Assembly: GCA_010015585.1 (NCBI GenBank)
Contig: ML975156.1
Direction: 5' to 3' (one strand)
Source of the DNA: Eremomyces bilateralis CBS 781.70
Taxonomy: Eukaryota
Length of the DNA stretch: 64,000 nt
The translations under genes were made by a program, and so were the position numbers. The notes under the pieces were generated by a model. That model was not told the DNA's origin and did not search any database. It saw only the letters and a list, made by a program, of their open reading frames with translations. Shown here in pieces: positions 61,320 through 64,000 of the stretch. Within the stretch, counting starts at the first letter, position 1. Every line of letters starts with the position of its first letter.

Positions 61320-63661
61320 GATTTCAGGAAACGAATGAATGTTTATCCCATATGAGTTGTCTGGATAGACCTATGAAATGGGTAGTGATATGTTTTCAGT
61401 GGGAGGCGAAAAAGGAAAGATAACAGGAGGAACAAATTTATATTCCCGCAGGAATGGGCGTGTATTTATGATTCACACTCCAGTCTCAACACAAATCAAC
61501 ACAGATCACTTCCCGCCCGGATCTCAACCGTTCATCCCGTTTTAAGTGAAATACACCCTGTAAAGGCGGTGACTCCGTTGGATCCAAGCACAGCCGTGGC
61601 GCGATAATCCTCGAGCCGATCAACTGATAACGCCATGACAACTCGGAGGGATTCTGACATCGGGTGAACGATGGCTTAGTGGAATTTGGTTCACAGTGTG
61701 ACGAGGGTTCTTTGCTTGCATTGTTGCTGAAGGCGCAATGCGGTATTCCTGTTCAAGTTGAGCGATCCTGCAGCTGTTCTCTCGTGCAGCACCACTAGGC
61801 AGCAATTTGATTGGTAATGGGAGTTGTGCATCCTTAGTATACCACCCGATTCGAGACAAGCAAACAATCTTGTTAGTTCTGCAAGCTTTTGTTTGTAGGG
61901 CTGACCTGCGGGCTGATGATTACAAGTGGAGAAAATCACATCAGCCTCGGTGCAGGCAGAAGTATTCTGGGGAGGATTACTACTAGAGCTATCCAGGAGA
62001 GGAGGCTATACGCAACCGATACAAGCTGAGAGCAAGAGACAACAATGCTTTATGTATGACAGTGGGTGTGGCGCTAAATTCATGCAATTCTGGAGCTTTC
62101 CCCCTGAATGTTACACTGTTAAGCCATCAATCCAATTAACTAACTAGTTAACCAATTGGTTAGATATCCCGTCAGTGGCGCAGCCGCCATCTGGGGTTTG
62201 ATGAGTCGACGGAAACATAAAAAGAGCTAGACCCCCCAGCCCCAAGGGTCAAGCTACTTTCCTGGAAACCTTTCCTTGCAAAGCATTTCGTCCAAACTCC
62301 AGCTCCTCCGCTCTTCAGCACTCAGCAGTCTGGCCGCAGTCGTGCGCCAGCGGCTCCCAGTCATATTATGTCCTTCAGGGGCGTTAGCAAGCCACCTATT
62401 TAGTCTCCGTTGTGGCGACTCCGCATTCCCACGAGCGGGATGGTGCATGCGGTCATCAAATACTAAGTACGACCTCCTTTATCAGATAATTAATACCAAT
62501 AGGTCATGCGACGCATTCGGGAGACACCTTGATGGATGCGATAATGAACTATTGAATGCGCGCAGATATATTCCGTTCCTCGCCACGGGAGAGCCGCATC
62601 GATGCAGGTCTAGAACTCTAGATGCCACCACTGGAGACCGACTGGAAGCGAGACCAGGAGGCCATGAACTAACATATTACAAGGCTAGGCAACAACGCCG
62701 GCTTACGTCCACATCGATCTTAAGATCTGCAACTGATATCCCGGACGTAATATCGGATGATGACATTGACCGGAACTGGAGGTAAGAGCTGGAGAGTTCA
62801 CTAACGAGGCCAAATCCGTCAACATCCGTTATGGACTCCATATCTGGCCTGTAGAAGGTTTCCATCCTGGACCCCTATGACTCCGGACACATATTCTCGT
62901 CTCTCGTTCACTGGCGCTTTGGATCCCATTCATCAACCTGGGTCGAATGCAGTGTAAATGCTGAACCTGATCAGAATGCAATGCGCAAGGGTGTCCATTA
63001 ATAGGCTTGGAGCCATCGACCCTATTTATTAGTCTCAACGCCCAGAGACTTGACTTGGGGTCTGCGCCTCAACGGCGCATAAAGTGGCGCGCTGTTTCGA
63101 GGCTCTCGACCTCATTTAGCATTGTCCAGTAGCGCGCATGATACGTTTCTGTATTGAAATTATGGGGGATACCATAGCTTGACAATGTTCACTGTATGAA
63201 AATATATGGAACTACGAGTAGGCGCAACTGAATCAGACAGGGACGTAATAGGAAAGTGCCTATATGTCGAACTGAAGAAGTGAAGAACAAAATCCAAGGA
63301 TCGTGAATTCACGATGTAATGATCATGCCCCGCTTTTCAACAGTTTAACGACGGGAATGACATCGTGCTACCAAACTTGCATCGTTCAGTTTGATGGAGA
63401 TGTTCTCCATAGAAATCTTTTATGAGATCCACGTCCTAGGAATCCGCTCAAGCTGCAGTCAAAATTGCAAGCTAATTCGCCTCAACTCCAATTCACTGCT
63501 GCTATTAAATAGACAAGGGCCGTCAACTGATCTCTAATCCTCAGGAAGCAACATCAGTCCTAGCCTATACACGCCTCGAACTCTGCCGACGTCGTGAGGT
63601 ATTCAGTCGCTTACATCCCCGCTAGATATAATTGCGTCCTACAACGATTCAACCTACCGAT

Positions 63662-64000
63662 ATGTCAAGCATGGACGTCCCGGTCGTGAAATCCGTTGAC
63701 GGGATATATCCCGAAGATGCTGTCCGTGCCCAGCAACAAAGATGGGACCACCTACTCCAGACCTTCAAGTCGAGGTACGGGCGAACCGCGGACTTTGTCT
63801 CCAGGAGCCCGGGGCGGGTCAATATCATAGGAGAGGTTTGGGAAACCGCCACGCACTTCTGGCCGCGATTGAGAAGCTAAGATGAATGCAGCATATCGAC
63901 TACTCATTATATGAGGTCCTTCCTATGGCGATCACTGCTGACGTTATCATCGCCGTGGCCATCGCGCCGTCCAATGGCCCAGCCAAGTTCCGCGTCCAAA
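63662..64000 (+). CDS. GAL1: Galactokinase, 5' part (runs off the window)
   Basis: RSPGRVNIIGE|HIDYSLYEVLPMAI galactokinase signature across an intron. Confidence 0.93.

Noticed and set aside
62254..63038. Short ORFs between the HMT1-like gene and GAL1
   Set aside because: No coherent gene model or motif could be built on either strand.

Overview
Intron-containing genomic DNA of a filamentous ascomycete (GT..CTAAC..AG introns, RIP-like transposon relics). The left arm (1-14.2 kb) holds a BTB protein, an E2 enzyme, an RS-rich conserved protein and an M13 peptidase. It ends with a divergent pair: a spliced triuret/biuret-hydrolase-like cysteine hydrolase fused to an allophanate-hydrolase-type amidase, opposite an NCS1 permease. 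The centre (18.6-50.4 kb) is a ~32 kb cluster with no PKS/NRPS/terpene synthase. It encodes an acyl-CoA dehydrogenase, esterase, acyl-CoA ligase, crotonase, nitronate-monooxygenase-family flavoprotein, aldehyde dehydrogenase, bZIP regulator, Zn alcohol dehydrogenase, thiolase-like protein, Tri12-type MFS transporter and a Baeyer-Villiger monooxygenase. All seven promoter regions serving its ten non-regulatory genes carry the same palindrome, GTCA-N8-TGAC, 220-310 bp from the nearest ATG. This points to a co-regulated, partly peroxisomal catabolic regulon resembling bacterial chn/dca pathways. Transposon debris (pogo/Fot1 copy, hAT-like MITE, probable solo LTR, orphan TIRs) and one apparently inserted gene interrupt the cluster. 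The right arm has an unexplained ~4.7 kb degenerate region, then CAF16, a Mae1/SLAC1 transporter, an HMT1-like ABC transporter and the 5' end of GAL1. Gene models and motif counts were read by eye; no database search was run.
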